Origin: an uncultured Pseudomonadota bacterium
GTDB taxonomy: Bacteria; Pseudomonadota; Alphaproteobacteria; JACZXZ01
DNA length: 64,000 bases
Direction: 5' to 3'
Assembly: GCA_963749075.1 (NCBI GenBank)
Contig: CAVVLJ010000020.1
Span: 640,001-704,000 of the forward strand
Position numbers and translations under genes: made by a program. Position 1 is the first letter of the stretch. Each line of letters begins with the position of its first letter. Positions 62,512 to 64,000 of this stretch are shown piece by piece. The notes under the pieces are model-generated. The model was not told where the DNA came from, ran no database searches, and was given only the letters and a program-made list of their open reading frames with translations.

Positions 62512-63153
62512 GACGGCGAGGGCCCGCCGGTGGTCGCGGGCGAGTGCCAGGAGCTGGGGCAGCTCCGCGGGCCGCAAAAGAAGCCGGAACAGCACCGGAA
62601 GGACGCGGCTCGTGCCGTCGGGCGCTAGGCCTGCAAGCGCCGCCTGAGGCAGTGCGCGCCCCGCCGGATCGAGGATCACGCGCAAGGCCATGAAGGGGAC
62701 GCCCGCCTCATGGGCCGCGCGCGCCACCCCATGGCTCTCCATATCGACCGCCTGCGCGCCGCTGCTTTGCGCGAGCGCCGCCTTGGCGGCGGCCGTTGCC
62801 GCCGCCTCCTCGCGGCCGGCGATGCTGCCCTCGCGCGCGCGGGCACCCAGTGCCGCGGCGAGGCTGCGGCGCCAGGCGGCCGAGGTCTCGAGCCGCCGGC
62901 CGTCGGGGAGCACGATGAGGCTCGCGAGGAGCGCATCTCCGCTCGCCAGCTCGGAATCGAGGCCGCCCGCGAGGCCGAAGCTCAAGAGCGCCCCAGCGCC
63001 TTGCGCGAGAAGCGCCTTGGCACCCTCGTAAGCACGCTCCGGCCGCGCGCCGGAGACGAAGAGGAGCGGGCGGCGGGCGGCGGCGAGCGCCGCGGAGGGG
63101 GCCGCCGCGGCCGCCGCCTCGGCTGCCATGCCGACGACGACGCCGATGCGCAT
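62461..63153 (-). CDS. hpnG: Hopanoid-associated nucleoside phosphorylase
   Basis: [34 protein letters not shown]; directly downstream of shc. Confidence 0.85.
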   Translation of the reverse strand: MRIGVVVGMAAEAAAAAAPSAALAAARRPLLFVSGARPERAYEGAKALLAQGAGALLSFGLAGGLDSELASGDALLASLIVLPDGRRLETSAAWRRSLAAALGARAREGSIAGREEAAATAAAKAALAQSSGAQAVDMESHGVARAAHEAGVPFMALRVILDPAGRALPQAALAGLAPDGTSRVLPVLFRLLLRPAELPQLLALARDHRRALAVLGRLAADLGPAFGFLV

Positions 63154-64000
63154 CAGATGCCGTATTGGACGGTCTTGTCGTTGCCGCGCGTCAGGTTGCG
63201 GTAGCGCGCCAGCGCCCACAGGGGAAAGAACTGGCAATAGCCGTGGTAGCGCAGAAAGAAGACGCGCGGGAAGCCGACCGCGGTGAACCACGGCTCCTCC
63301 CATTCGCAGCCGCGCCGCGGCGCCTCGAGGAGATAGGCGATGCCGCGCTTGACCGCCACGCTGTCGGCCTCGCCCGCCGCCATGAGGCCCAAGAGCGCCC
63401 AGGCGGTCTGCGAGGCGGTCGAGGCCTTGCACTCGCCGCGCCGCTCCGGCCAATAGCTGGCGCCGTCCTCGCCCCAGCCGCCGTCCTCGCGCTGGCGTCC
63501 CTTGAGCCACTCGACGGCCTTGCGGATGTAGGGCTGCCCCGGGTCCTCGTGCACGGCATTCAGCGCGCACAGCACGGACCAGGTCCCGTAGATGTAATTG
63601 GTGCCCCAGCGCCCGAACCACGAGCCGTCGGCCTCCTGCTCGCGCTTGAGGAACTCGATGGCGCGCGCCACCGCCTGATGGTCGCGCTTGTGGCCGAGCT
63701 GCGCGAGGAAACCCAAGCAGCGCGCGCTCACGTCGGCGGTCGGCGGATCGAGCAGCGCGCCATGGTCCGCGAAGGGAATGTGGTTGAGATAGAACTTGGT
63801 GTTGTCGGCGTCGAACGAGCCCCAGCCGCCGCCCTCGCTCTGCATGCCGATGACCCACTCGGCGGCGCGCTCGACCGCCCCGCGGTGCGCGGGGTCGCCG
63901 GCGCGGTCGAGCGCCATGCCGACCACCGCGGTATCGTCCACGTCCGGGTAATCGGCATTGGCGTACTGGAACGCCCAGCCGCCCGGGCGAAGTGCCGGCC
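63153..64000 (-). CDS. shc: Squalene-hopene cyclase, C-terminal part (continues beyond the window)
   Basis: PGGWAFQYAN..YPDVDDTA (DxDD), QW repeats (QEADGSW, QREDGGW), GFPRVFFLRYHGY. Confidence 0.97.
   Translation of the reverse strand, partial: PALRPGGWAFQYANADYPDVDDTAVVGMALDRAGDPAHRGAVERAAEWVIGMQSEGGGWGSFDADNTKFYLNHIPFADHGALLDPPTADVSARCLGFLAQLGHKRDHQAVARAIEFLKREQEADGSWFGRWGTNYIYGTWSVLCALNAVHEDPGQPYIRKAVEWLKGRQREDGGWGEDGASYWPERRGECKASTASQTAWALLGLMAAGEADSVAVKRGIAYLLEAPRRGCEWEEPWFTAVGFPRVFFLRYHGYCQFFPLWALARYRNLTRGNDKTVQYGI

Overview
This window is GC-rich chromosomal DNA from an alphaproteobacterium, probably Rhodospirillales-like (inferred from ALA-synthase hemA, a CtrA-type box, FixK/FNR-type boxes and hopanoid genes). 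In order it contains: Tad-pilus TadE/TadG genes; an OmpR-family two-component pair; a LysR-linked sugar ABC and catabolic operon; sppA-aroC-fabI; small Pro/Gly-rich exported proteins; pdxH-fieF; two universal stress proteins; hemA; an Xre-RES toxin-antitoxin pair; a Dpp/Opp peptide ABC operon; pyrE; a SodC-fold protein lacking its metal ligands; a PagL-like protein; and a hopanoid cluster (hpnM, two hpnN paralogs, hpnA, ispH, hpnH, hpnG, partial shc). The most notable feature is a ~5 kb, visibly less GC-rich island (about 49.5-54.5 kb) between the two hpnN copies. One arm encodes RHH, GNAT, XRE-HTH and ImmA/IrrE metallopeptidase proteins. The divergent arm is a ubiquitination-like module: a coiled-coil/Ubl/E2 fusion whose E2 part has no Cys, then a JAB-E1(ThiF) fusion, then a TerB_N (Shango SngA-like) remnant. 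It is a candidate anti-phage protein-conjugation system related to Bub/Bil operons. At least six single-base frameshifts, five of them between 45.6 and 53.6 kb, look like assembly errors rather than true pseudogenes. All calls come from reading motifs by eye; no database searches were run.
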